Source of the DNA: a virus
Taxonomy: Duplodnaviria; Heunggongvirae; Uroviricota; Caudoviricetes
DNA length: 64,000 bases
Strand: one strand, 5' to 3'
IMG/VR virus record: IMGVR_UViG_3300032103_000073
How positions within the stretch are numbered: the first letter of the stretch is position 1; each line of letters begins with the position of its first letter. Below are positions 46,839 to 54,303 of this stretch, one piece after another. The notes below the pieces were generated by a model. That model made no database searches, was not told the DNA's origin, and saw only the letters and a list, made by a program, of their open reading frames with translations. The position numbers and the translations under genes are program-made.

Positions 46839-47061
46839 AATAACACGGCTCCTATCATTTGCTCATTGAGGAATGCTTGGGAGTTCTTTTATAAACTTCT
46901 AATGAACGCTCTTGCAGATGCCATGCTGGTAAAAAACTTCATGTCAAACTTTAGCGTATACAAATCGAGAACAAAGATATAGCAAACATCATTAGTCTCT
47001 GTCATAGACAAGTGGATTAATAACCCGCCTTTAGTTATAGAGTCGTATGTTTGCATTAAAA

Positions 47062-47138
47062 TATTTATCATGGGTCTTTAACTCAGTTGGATAGAGTGCC
47101 AGTCTTCGAAACTGGAAGTCGTGGGTTCGAATCCTGCA
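47062..47138 (+). tRNA. tRNA-Arg (TCG)
   Basis: loop CTTCGAA. Confidence 0.7.
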
Positions 47139-47163
47139 AGACCCGCCAATTATAAATATTAAC

Positions 47164-47760
47164 ATGATACTAAAGTACAGAGATCCAAGATTTTATTCTG
47201 TAGATTCGTTGAAGTGCTGGAAAAATGTCAACGTTCCTTTAAATGTTGTTCATCCCGATGCAACTATAGACATTAGATCAAATAGTTTGAAAGAAATATT
47301 GCTTCCATTATCTGCAATAGATCCCAATTTTAAATTATGGTTAGCAGAACTAGGATTAGAAATTTCCCTAGTAAGATTGTTTATTGCTAGTGCAAATTAC
47401 GAGTATACAAAACATGTAGATCGTCAAACATTTAACGACCAGTCAGTGGCGTTAAATTTTGCCTTCGATGACACTGGCACTGTTTTTTCATGGCATAATT
47501 TAAATAAAGATGGCAGGATCGAAGTTACAAAAAATAAAAACAATATCCCGATTTGGAATTTTTCCAACTGTGCTACTGTTTTGGCAGAAGAAATTAAACA
47601 TCGAGAAAATCAGCCGTTTTTAGTCAACACTGGATATATTCATTCTTTAAAAGTTGGCAATCAGGACAGACATTGTTATAGTTATTTCCTGCGGAAAGCC
47701 GGTACAGCCGTTCCGTTGCAATGGGATGATGCAATAATAGCATTTGACAGATTTATATAA
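47164..47760 (+). CDS. Fe(II)/2OG dioxygenase-like paralog
   Basis: KHVDRQ...LNFAFDD...NTGYIHSL; paralog of 52449. Confidence 0.45.
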   Translation: MILKYRDPRFYSVDSLKCWKNVNVPLNVVHPDATIDIRSNSLKEILLPLSAIDPNFKLWLAELGLEISLVRLFIASANYEYTKHVDRQTFNDQSVALNFAFDDTGTVFSWHNLNKDGRIEVTKNKNNIPIWNFSNCATVLAEEIKHRENQPFLVNTGYIHSLKVGNQDRHCYSYFLRKAGTAVPLQWDDAIIAFDRFI

Positions 47761-47764
47761 TTAA

Positions 47765-47839
47765 CTCGCTGTAGTTCAATGGATAGAACAGTTCTCTCCT
47801 AAAGAATAGATCCAAGAATCGAACTTGGTGGCGAGACCA
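47765..47839 (+). tRNA. tRNA-Arg (CCT)
   Basis: loop CTCCTAA; unusual T-loop AATCGAA. Confidence 0.6.
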
Positions 47840-47853
47840 TAAAGGAGATCGTA

Positions 47854-48027
47854 TGAAAACACTTTACTTTGAAAATATTCGCAACCGCGAACGCTTTTAT
47901 TGTAAAAACGCTCGAGACATACATATGATCGACGGCATTGAATACATGAAAGTTTTTAGACTGGGAACGCAACGCGAAGTTCTTGTTAAACGAGAATCTC
48001 TCAAGAAAGTTGCAGAGCCCAAGTAAG
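47854..48027 (+). CDS. hypothetical small protein (57 aa)
   Basis: SD AAAGGAG plus ATG. Confidence 0.35.
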
Positions 48028-48101
48028 GCTGCTATAGTATAATGGTATTACATACCCTTGGTAAGGGTAAAACACAAGTTCAATTCTTGTTAGCAGCACC
48101 A
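48028..48101 (+). tRNA. tRNA-Thr (GGT)
   Basis: loop TTGGTAA. Confidence 0.8.
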
Positions 48102-48105
48102 TTAA

Positions 48106-48134
48106 TTGACACAAAATAGAGAACATGCTACAAT
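48106..48134 (+). promoter_or_regulatory. promoter (TTGACA-N17-TACAAT)
   Basis: drives leader A and the tRNA-like at 48347. Confidence 0.6.
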
Positions 48135-48139
48135 AGATA

Positions 48140-48346
48140 CAAGTTAAGAAATTAACTGTTTTGATAGATGTTGTTGGGAGCGATCCCCCACAACAGAGAT
48201 GTAAGGTCCTCAACTGCGAGGCGTTAGCAACATTTATCATCTTGTTCTTTAAAAATTTGCAGTGTTGTTTAGGCTGATTGACGGCAATCGAAAAGCAGTC
48301 TGAGTCTTGTCCCCGGCGCACCGCTTTGCCGAGCGTACCGCAGGGA
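48140..48346 (+). other. structured leader A (candidate small RNA), homologous to leader B
   Basis: shared 5' box AGAT(A/G)(C/T)AAGTTAAG(A/C)AATTAACT and a GGGA(A)GCGATC hairpin. Confidence 0.4.
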
Positions 48347-48420
48347 GTCTCTATAGTGTAAGGGTAGCACGCCAGCTTGTAAGAGTTGGAGGATTGGGTT
48401 CGAATCCCAATAGAGTTTAA
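48347..48420 (+). tRNA. tRNA-Gln-scaffold paralog with an 8-nt anticodon loop (TTGTAAGA); no CCA
   Basis: D-arm and T-arm nearly identical to the tRNA-Gln at 45012; stem CCAGC/GTTGG encloses 8 nt. Confidence 0.4.
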
Positions 48421-48453
48421 CAAGACATCAGCCTAAACAACATTGCAAATAAG

Positions 48454-48482
48454 TAGACACAAATTCTTGTGTTTGCTATAAT
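48454..48482 (+). promoter_or_regulatory. promoter (TAGACA-N17-TATAAT)
   Basis: drives leader B and tRNA-Glu. Confidence 0.5.
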
Positions 48483-48489
48483 AGATGTA

Positions 48490-48641
48490 AGTTAAGCAAT
48501 TAACTTACTTGCTCTTTAAAAAGTTCATCCAACATATAAGTCGCTGGGAAGCGATCATTATATGCAAACACATTAGATCAGCTACCGGCGAAGGGAGTAA
48601 CCGGCGATTGTTAAAGTGAGTGTGTTTACATATAATGTTTT
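48490..48641 (+). other. structured leader B (candidate small RNA)
   Basis: homologous to leader A. Confidence 0.4.
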
Positions 48642-48716
48642 ACTCGGTTCGTCTATCGGTTAGGACGACAGCCTTTCAAGTTGTAAAGACGGGTTCGATT
48701 CCCGTACCGAGTACCA
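48642..48716 (+). tRNA. tRNA-Glu (TTC), second copy
   Basis: loop CTTTCAA; T-arm identical to the copy at 44929. Confidence 0.7.
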
Positions 48717-49362
48717 AAAATAATCGTAGCGGTTGATGAGACTGATTAAACAAGTCAACTGAATAATCTCCCACAGATCAGTTGTAAAGGAGAACGTCTA
48801 AACACTAAGGCAATGCTTAGTACTATAGTAGATGGAAACCGACCCCTGTCAGAGCGCGGGGGCTTTTACAGTGTTTATAGTAGAGTAGGAAGTATCCGAA
48901 GCGACTTAGTTAGGATGCAGCCAACAGACCAACATTGACCGCGTAGATAGTCCGGACTATCGCTTGAAACGGAAGATGCGTCCACCCCCTGCCCTGCTTT
49001 ACTATAAACACTGTGAACGATGCGAAAGTAAGTCGGTCCAGTAGGGTAAGGAAAAGTATTGCTAGCGGAAAGAGCTGCCGAAGGACAGAAGTTAGTCCCG
49101 CATGGCAATGACTAATGCGGATAGGCTAACGCCGTGTAATCCTTCAAGAATTTGCTAACACAGGGTGGATTTACATGCCGATGTGTTTAATGTTGTTTAA
49201 AACCGAGCAGTGTGCCTTATCAGCGCAATAGTTAGACTCTACCTGGCAACAGCAAACCAAATGTAAGATAGTTGCTATCGCGTCCTGCAGGTAAGTTAGC
49301 AACCGTAACATCACGGACGGGCGTATTTTATGCCGTGTAATCAAATGCGACTCAGTAATTTA
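48717..49362 (+). other. about 640-nt ORF-free structured region (candidate ribozyme or ncRNA; group-I-intron-like P7 elements)
   Basis: AGATAGTCCGGACTA (48947-48961) and GTTAGTCCCGCATGG / GACTAATGCGGATA about 140 nt downstream; G/C-rich helices. Confidence 0.35.
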
Positions 49363-49437
49363 GCTCTGTTATTTCATGTGGTAGAATACCGGTTTTGTAG
49401 TCCGGAGAGGGCAGTTCAAGTCTGTCACGGAGCACCA
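49363..49437 (+). tRNA. tRNA with anticodon arm CCGGT-TTTGTAG-TCCGG (TGT, Thr-like; U:U closing pair)
   Basis: cloverleaf with CCA; anticodon assignment uncertain. Confidence 0.5.
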
Positions 49438-49503
49438 TATTAAAACACATTACTAAGAGTCCAGGTTCATAGCGTGGCCTAGTGTGTTTTAATATGTTTA
49501 TGT

Positions 49504-49581
49504 CCGGGTGTAGCGCAGTCTGGTTAGCGCATCTGCTTTGGGAGCAGAGGGTCGTGAGTTCGAATCCCACCACCCGGACCA
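49504..49581 (+). tRNA. tRNA-Pro (TGG)
   Basis: loop TTTGGGA. Confidence 0.75.
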
Positions 49582-49590
49582 AGTTTATGT

Positions 49591-49668
49591 TGGGGTATAG
49601 CTTAGTTTGGCCTAAAGCAACGGTCTTTGAAATCGTGATCACTGGTTCGAATCCAGTTACCTCTGCCA
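49591..49668 (+). tRNA. tRNA-Gln (TTG), second copy
   Basis: loop CTTTGAA; U1:U72. Confidence 0.6.
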
Positions 49669-49724
49669 AGTTTTAGGAGAATCGCGTAAGCGTATTCTTA
49701 ATCGACCCAGTATCAGGGCGTCCT

Positions 49725-49752
49725 GACATTAGTATTTTTTGGGGGCAGCAGC
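49725..49752 (+). terminator. hairpin plus T-run (weak terminator)
   Basis: tcagggcgtcctga ... tttttt. Confidence 0.35.
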
Positions 49753-49827
49753 GGGCTGCGGTGATCCCTTGCAAGGATCATGACTAGAAGGGTTCAACTC
49801 CCTCGGCCTCCACCAAACAATGCCCGG
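49753..49827 (+). tRNA. tRNA-Ala (TGC)-like
   Basis: G3:U70; loop CTTGCAA; atypical D region and 8-nt variable loop; T-loop TTCAACT. Confidence 0.5.
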
Positions 49828-49833
49828 TTAATT

Positions 49834-49907
49834 AAATGGTATAATACACCCCTGATAAGGGTGAATCACTGGATCGTAACCAGTACTGGGTACCAATGTT
49901 AGTTAGA
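49834..49907 (+). tRNA. tRNA-Ile (GAT)
   Basis: loop CTGATAA. Confidence 0.7.
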
Positions 49908-49948
49908 GCATTCTGTTGATCTATGATAAATAATATTATGGAGACAAT

Positions 49949-50542
49949 ATGTTTTGTAAATTTTGCAACAAAGAATGTAAGAATAAGAATAGTCTAGTAA
50001 ACCATGAGCGTTTATGTCCAGCGAACCCTGACAGAAAATATGTGTCACACACGCTAGGTAAAAACGGTCATGTCGCTTGGAATAAAGGACTGTCCAAAGA
50101 AACTTCTAGATCTTTGGCACAGTTAAGTGAAACACATAAGCGAAACGGTCACGGTGGCTGGTCTAAGAAAGCTAGTTCCAACGGAGGCAAAGCAGGTGGC
50201 GGATATCGTGAAAATGCAGGAAGAAGTAAGAAATTCAAAGTAGTCGATTCTTTCGACAAAACGGTGTGCTTGCAAAGCACATACGAACTTAGATGCAGTC
50301 GACTATTGAATGAGTTGGGCATTAAGTGGATAAGACCATCAGCATTAAAGTATGATAGTAAAAATTATTTTGCTGATTTTTATTTACCGGAGTATGATTT
50401 GTATCTAGATCCAAAGAATAATTATAAAGCAAAATTGGATACTGACAAAATCAATAAAGTAAAAGAACAAAATAATGTAAGAGTTGTGATTCTCACTGAG
50501 GATCAGTTGACTCAAGATTATATAAAAAGCCTTTGTAGTTAA
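49949..50542 (+). CDS. zinc-finger protein, possible homing-endonuclease-like
   Basis: N-terminal CKFC...HERLC zinc finger; basic middle region; inserted between tRNAs. Confidence 0.35.
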   Translation: MFCKFCNKECKNKNSLVNHERLCPANPDRKYVSHTLGKNGHVAWNKGLSKETSRSLAQLSETHKRNGHGGWSKKASSNGGKAGGGYRENAGRSKKFKVVDSFDKTVCLQSTYELRCSRLLNELGIKWIRPSALKYDSKNYFADFYLPEYDLYLDPKNNYKAKLDTDKINKVKEQNNVRVVILTEDQLTQDYIKSLCS

Positions 50543-50602
50543 ATGGTATAACGGTCGCTTGATAAGCGATTATTACAAGTTCAATTCTTGTCGAAGGCAC
50601 CA
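50529..50602 (+). tRNA. tRNA-Ile (GAT)-like, second copy
   Basis: loop TTGATAA; overlaps the preceding ORF's 3' end. Confidence 0.55.
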
Positions 50603-50841
50603 AGTTTTGTAGCGTTAGCAAGAGAAAAGTACCAATTCGTGTAGCTGGCCAGCGAAAGAGGAGGTAAAACAGGAGGGGGTTCAACTCCCCACCGCGGGTA
50701 GCCATGCGGTAGCTGGAATGGAGCATCTGACCAAGTATCCCAAGTAACAAGTCCTGGAAGAACTCGACGTAAGGAAGTCCGGCTCTGTACGTCTAAACAC
50801 TAGTGATAAACCTGAGGACGCTAGGCTACAAATTAATTTAT
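50603..50841 (+). other. ORF-free structured region with a tmRNA-type T-arm motif (GGGGGTTCAACTCCCC)
   Basis: motif at 50667-50682; no CCA end. Confidence 0.3.
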
Positions 50842-50917
50842 TCCCCAGTAGCACAGCGGTAGTTGCGCCTGACTGTTAATCAGGATGTCCGTGGTTCGAT
50901 CCCACGCTGGGGAGCCA
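50842..50917 (+). tRNA. tRNA-Asn (GTT)
   Basis: loop CTGTTAA. Confidence 0.75.
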
Positions 50918-50971
50918 ATTAATAAACACATTGCCGAGCGACGAAGGAAATGAGTAGTGTGTTTTTTAATT

Positions 50972-51061
50972 GGAGAGTGTTCCCGTCAGCGGCCTGTAAA
51001 GTCGTTGTCCTTAATTTGGCGGGTGGCTGGACAGATGGTTCGATTCCTTCACTCTTCACCA
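50972..51061 (+). tRNA. tRNA-Tyr (GTA)-like, atypical (reduced D-arm, about 28-nt variable arm)
   Basis: acceptor GGAGAGT/ACTCTTC; anticodon arm GCGGC-CTGTAAA-GTCGT as in E. coli tRNA-Tyr. Confidence 0.45.
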
Positions 51062-51066
51062 ATTTT

Positions 51067-51141
51067 GGCCTTGTCATATAGTGGTTATTATACCGGTCTG
51101 TCTAATCGGATATCGGGGTTCGATTCCCCGCAAGGTCGCCA
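51067..51141 (+). tRNA. tRNA-Asp (GTC)
   Basis: loop CTGTCTA (U37). Confidence 0.6.
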
Positions 51142-51148
51142 GTTTAAT

Positions 51149-51225
51149 GCGTCTGTAGCTCAGTTGGATAGAGTACTTGGCTACGAACCAAGGGGTCGTG
51201 GGTTCGAATCCTGCCAGACGCGCCA
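51149..51225 (+). tRNA. tRNA-Arg (ACG)
   Basis: loop CTACGAA. Confidence 0.8.
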
Positions 51226-51230
51226 AATAT

Positions 51231-51307
51231 GCCAATGTAGCTCAGACGGTAGTAGCAGCGGATTGAAAATCCGCGTGTCGGTGGTTCGATTCCACTCGTT
51301 GGCACCA
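51231..51307 (+). tRNA. tRNA-Phe (GAA)
   Basis: loop TTGAAAA. Confidence 0.8.
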
Positions 51308-51453
51308 GTTAAGGGATAGACGGTACGATGAGTCCCACACAACCTAGCATTGGGTCTAGCAATGCGAAACGGCAGATCGGTTGAAGTGGTTGTATAAACT
51401 CTTGTATGCGAGACAATCCGGTAAGGTCTGCGGGAACAGACGAGCTGGGCTCC
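51308..51453 (+). other. ORF-free structured spacer (candidate ncRNA)
   Basis: no ORF; G/C-rich hairpins. Confidence 0.3.
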
Positions 51454-51530
51454 CAATCTATATGCCTTGGTGACGGAATTGGTATACGTGCTTGACTCAA
51501 AATCAAGATTCTGTGGGTTCGAGTCCCACC
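51454..51530 (+). tRNA. class-I (short variable arm) tRNA with Leu anticodon CAA
   Basis: arm CTTGA-CTCAAAA-TCAAG; 4-nt variable loop. Confidence 0.55.
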
Positions 51531-51531
51531 C

Positions 51532-51560
51532 AAGGTACCAGTTGACACAAAATAGCAGAT
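51532..51560 (+). promoter_or_regulatory. promoter (TTGACA-N17-TATAAT) plus SD and 7-codon mini-ORF (MKRSGKR)
   Basis: AACAGGAG then ATG 51585 and stop 51606. Confidence 0.55.
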
Positions 51561-51681
51561 GCTATATAATTTAATTTTAAACAGGAGTATGATATGAAAC
51601 GTTCAGGTAAACGATAGTGTCATCCTAGACCCCGTAATTGGTCTGGGTTGGCACGTAAAAGAAAATGTAATTTACGACTAA

Positions 51682-51755
51682 CCCTTCGAGATGTTATGGT
51701 TGCATAGCGGACTCTTAATCCGACAAGTGACGGTTCAAATCCGTCCGGAGGGACC
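51682..51755 (+). tRNA. tRNA-Lys (CTT)
   Basis: loop CTCTTAA; 4-bp anticodon stem. Confidence 0.6.
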
Positions 51756-51761
51756 AATTAT

Positions 51762-51835
51762 GGGATTGAAGCTTTAAGGTGAAGCAACGGACTTTTAATC
51801 CGTAGATCTGGGATCGTTGGCCCAGCAGTCCTACC
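51762..51835 (+). tRNA. tRNA-Lys (TTT)
   Basis: loop CTTTTAA; atypical T-loop. Confidence 0.65.
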
Positions 51836-51956
51836 ATATAAAAACACATTATTAGTTCAGTAGAGAACGATAACAGGCCATCTTTTGGTAGATCAGTATG
51901 TTATAGGACAACAGATGAAATTTCTGTTATAGTGTGTTTCTATATGGTATTTTTAT
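51836..51956 (+). other. spacer with hairpin and T-runs (terminator-like)
   Basis: aacagatgaaatttctgtt hairpin. Confidence 0.3.
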
Positions 51957-52032
51957 GCAGCGTTTAGTGGAGTGGTTACCATACTTGTCTGTGAAACAAG
52001 TGAGAACGGTTCGAATCCGTAACGTCTGCCCA
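51957..52032 (+). tRNA. tRNA-His (GTG) with G-1 and a bulged U in the acceptor 3' strand
   Basis: loop CTGTGAA; G-1:C73. Confidence 0.55.
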
Positions 52033-52227
52033 AACAATATTTTTTGTTAAGCTGTAGTTTAAATGAAAGCCTGAGTGTTTCCCGACGGGGATTAGCAAGG
52101 GACGCGGTAAGTTAGTAGACAAAAACGACAATGGGCCCTGCGTTGTTGGCGGCTACTGATGATGACAATAGAATAACGTCCGCGGAGGACGAGGTGCTCA
52201 GAGTTGAGCCAGCTTTACAAAGAATAT
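52033..52227 (+). other. ORF-free structured region (candidate ncRNA)
   Basis: 195 nt, no ORF. Confidence 0.3.
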
Positions 52228-52303
52228 GGTGATGTAGCTCAGTTGGTAGAGTACCTCCTTCATACGGAGAGTGTCGGCGGTTCAAGTCCGTCCATCACCA
52301 CCA
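52228..52303 (+). tRNA. tRNA-Met (CAT), elongator-like
   Basis: loop TTCATAC. Confidence 0.7.
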
Positions 52304-52310
52304 AATATAA

Positions 52311-52437
52311 TCTGTAGGTGCTGAAACGGTAGACAGCAGACGGCAGTCTGTGTAAAGGGTTCGAATCCCTTGGAAGTCCGCAAGACTTTTAGTATGGTAC
52401 TATTGGTGGTTCGAGTCCATCCCTGCAGACCAAATAA
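52311..52437 (+). ncRNA. about 125-nt tRNA-like element (acceptor CTGTAGG/CCTGCAG, CCA, two T-arm-like hairpins)
   Basis: 7-bp terminal pairing, D-arm-like helix, internal AAGGGTTCGAATCCCTT and GGTGGTTCGAGTCCATC. Confidence 0.4.
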
Positions 52438-52448
52438 ATAAATAGTCA

Positions 52449-53051
52449 ATGGAACAAAAATTTTTATTTGCAGAAAAGTCAAAATGTTTTAGACACATCA
52501 CTATGCCGTTTACCTTTATTCAACCGCATGTTCCTATCGATCTGACTAGCATTACTTCTCCTAAGGAAATACACATTAATATCAATTCAGTAGACGCCTG
52601 TTTTATAACATGGTTGCATAATCTAGGTTTGTATTCACTCCATCCTAGGTTATTTGTTACTCCGCCTGGGACAAAATACAATATCCATGTTGATATTTTG
52701 TTCCCGCGAGAAAATACTGCTACTTATTTAAATTTTCCGTTTAATGACGCTGGTTCATTTATGAGGTGGTTTAATTTAAAAAACGAAAAAAATGCTTATA
52801 TAACAACTACTAGTGTAGAAGACAAAAAATTTCAAGTTATTAATGCAAACGAAGATGATTGCTCTGTTATCGAAATTATGCACGCGCCCGGCAATTCTCC
52901 TATATTAGTTAATGCCGGTTACTTACATGATTTAACGAATCCGAGTAATTTCAGACATTGTTGGAGTTTCCCTTTGCTAAAATTAATCGACAACACACGA
53001 ATAAATTGGGACGAAGCAGTGGAGATTTTTTCCTCTTACATTAAAAATTAA
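52449..53051 (+). CDS. Fe(II)/2OG dioxygenase-like paralog
   Basis: IHVDIL...LNFPFNDAG...NAGYLHDL. Confidence 0.45.
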   Translation: MEQKFLFAEKSKCFRHITMPFTFIQPHVPIDLTSITSPKEIHININSVDACFITWLHNLGLYSLHPRLFVTPPGTKYNIHVDILFPRENTATYLNFPFNDAGSFMRWFNLKNEKNAYITTTSVEDKKFQVINANEDDCSVIEIMHAPGNSPILVNAGYLHDLTNPSNFRHCWSFPLLKLIDNTRINWDEAVEIFSSYIKN

Positions 53052-53574
53052 CAGGTAAGTCAAATATTCGAATCAGTAGCATCACTCGCATATTTGGAGA
53101 TTTGTTTTCTACTCTATGCGGAACTTTAACCGATAGCAAATAAGGCACAGAAGTTTCGTGAGATTCTATTAACTTACAATCATCCGGGTAGTACCTGAAA
53201 AAATGATGAGTTTTTCCTTTATTTTCTACTGTTACTACGTGCGGGTTTGCTAGCGTGTTATAAAAATTTATCCAAGTATTTTCGCACCCAGAAATGGGAA
53301 TGTTTAAACTATATCGGTAAGGACCGCTGTCCATATGATAATTTCCGTTGTCATATCCCATTGTTACATTTATTGCAACCTGGCCTACGCAATGGTTGGG
53401 TAATTTTAGATCATTAATTACTTTTTTGATAGACGGAAGTGTTAAAAAAACATCTTTGTTATTTTCTATATAAGTTAAATTAGTAGAAAGCAAAAGGTGT
53501 TTGGGTATAGACATCAATACTTCGTTTTGTATGTCTGTGAGATTTTCTATATGTATTTCTCTAAAAGGAGCCAT
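53041..53574 (-). CDS. Fe(II)/2OG dioxygenase-like paralog
   Basis: YHMDSGPYRYSLNIPISGCENTWINF...VPHRVEN; paralog of 18783. Confidence 0.45.
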   Translation of the reverse strand: MAPFREIHIENLTDIQNEVLMSIPKHLLLSTNLTYIENNKDVFLTLPSIKKVINDLKLPNHCVGQVAINVTMGYDNGNYHMDSGPYRYSLNIPISGCENTWINFYNTLANPHVVTVENKGKTHHFFRYYPDDCKLIESHETSVPYLLSVKVPHRVENKSPNMRVMLLIRIFDLPVNF

Positions 53575-54195
53575 ACTAGTATTTATAAAATATCTCGCAG
53601 ATCAAGTTTATGTGGCGTGTATAGGTCATACACGATTTCTGGCAGTTGAAGTGACAGGAGTAATTATCCTGAGAACGATACTGGTGCTGGGAGGTAACGT
53701 TGCCCGGCGAGAAATCCGAGATTGTTTGCGTTCGAGTCGCAAACGCTACACACAAAGTTTCTTGCAAGAAGAACAGAGGTACGGTGGTCCTACTTGAGTG
53801 GGGACTATAAAAGCCGACAAACGCCTGGGGTACAACTCCATACGCTCAGCCAAATAAGGCGGATTCTGTTTCTCCGTAACAGCCCTAGCAGGCACCTGAA
53901 AAGGACTTGGGACAGCGTATTGCTACATCGACGACGAAATGTCGAGCTGGAGAATGTAACCAGCATCCATAGTCAATAACATTCATCATTGGTAGATAGC
54001 CTTAAGCGGTTGGCAAACCGGGACTACACTACGAAGCAGCTTAGCCAGCGCGATGAAAAGACCCTTTACGTCGAGAGTGTTATTGACTATGGTCCACAAG
54101 GGTGGTATGTAGGCAACGTGGATTTGCCGAGGACCGGGATTCCTTAACTAGCCAACAACTAGTGCCATATAGTATATTGGTATTACATTTATAAT
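53575..54195 (+). other. about 620-nt ORF-free structured region (candidate ncRNA or ribozyme)
   Basis: no ORF of 100 aa or more; AGGTAACGTTGCCCGG; AACCGGGACTAC / CATAGTC elements. Confidence 0.35.
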
Positions 54196-54270
54196 GTCCG
54201 GTTATTTCAGCGGTAGAATACTTCCATGACACGGAAGAGGTCACTGGTTCGATCCCAGTACCGGACACCA
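54196..54270 (+). tRNA. tRNA-Val (GAC)
   Basis: loop ATGACAC. Confidence 0.7.
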
Positions 54271-54271
54271 A

Positions 54272-54300
54272 TTGACACAAAATCACAGAACAACTATAAT
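54272..54300 (+). promoter_or_regulatory. promoter (TTGACA-N17-TATAAT)
   Basis: upstream of the tRNA at 54304. Confidence 0.6.
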
Positions 54301-54303
54301 AAC

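Noticed and set aside
47854-48027. Possible toxin-antitoxin pair with 47164..47760
   Set aside because: The upstream gene is a dioxygenase-like paralog and the small ORF has no recognisable antitoxin or HTH features. No support.
49753-49827. tmRNA tRNA-like domain
   Set aside because: The element folds as a 75-nt cloverleaf with a TGC anticodon and a G3:U70 pair. No mRNA-like tag region follows. It is kept as tRNA-Ala-like.
50957-51548. Track ORFs 50957..51319 (+), 51181..51456 (-) and 51309..51548 (-)
   Set aside because: They run through five well-formed tRNA genes and are artefacts of the tRNA-dense region.
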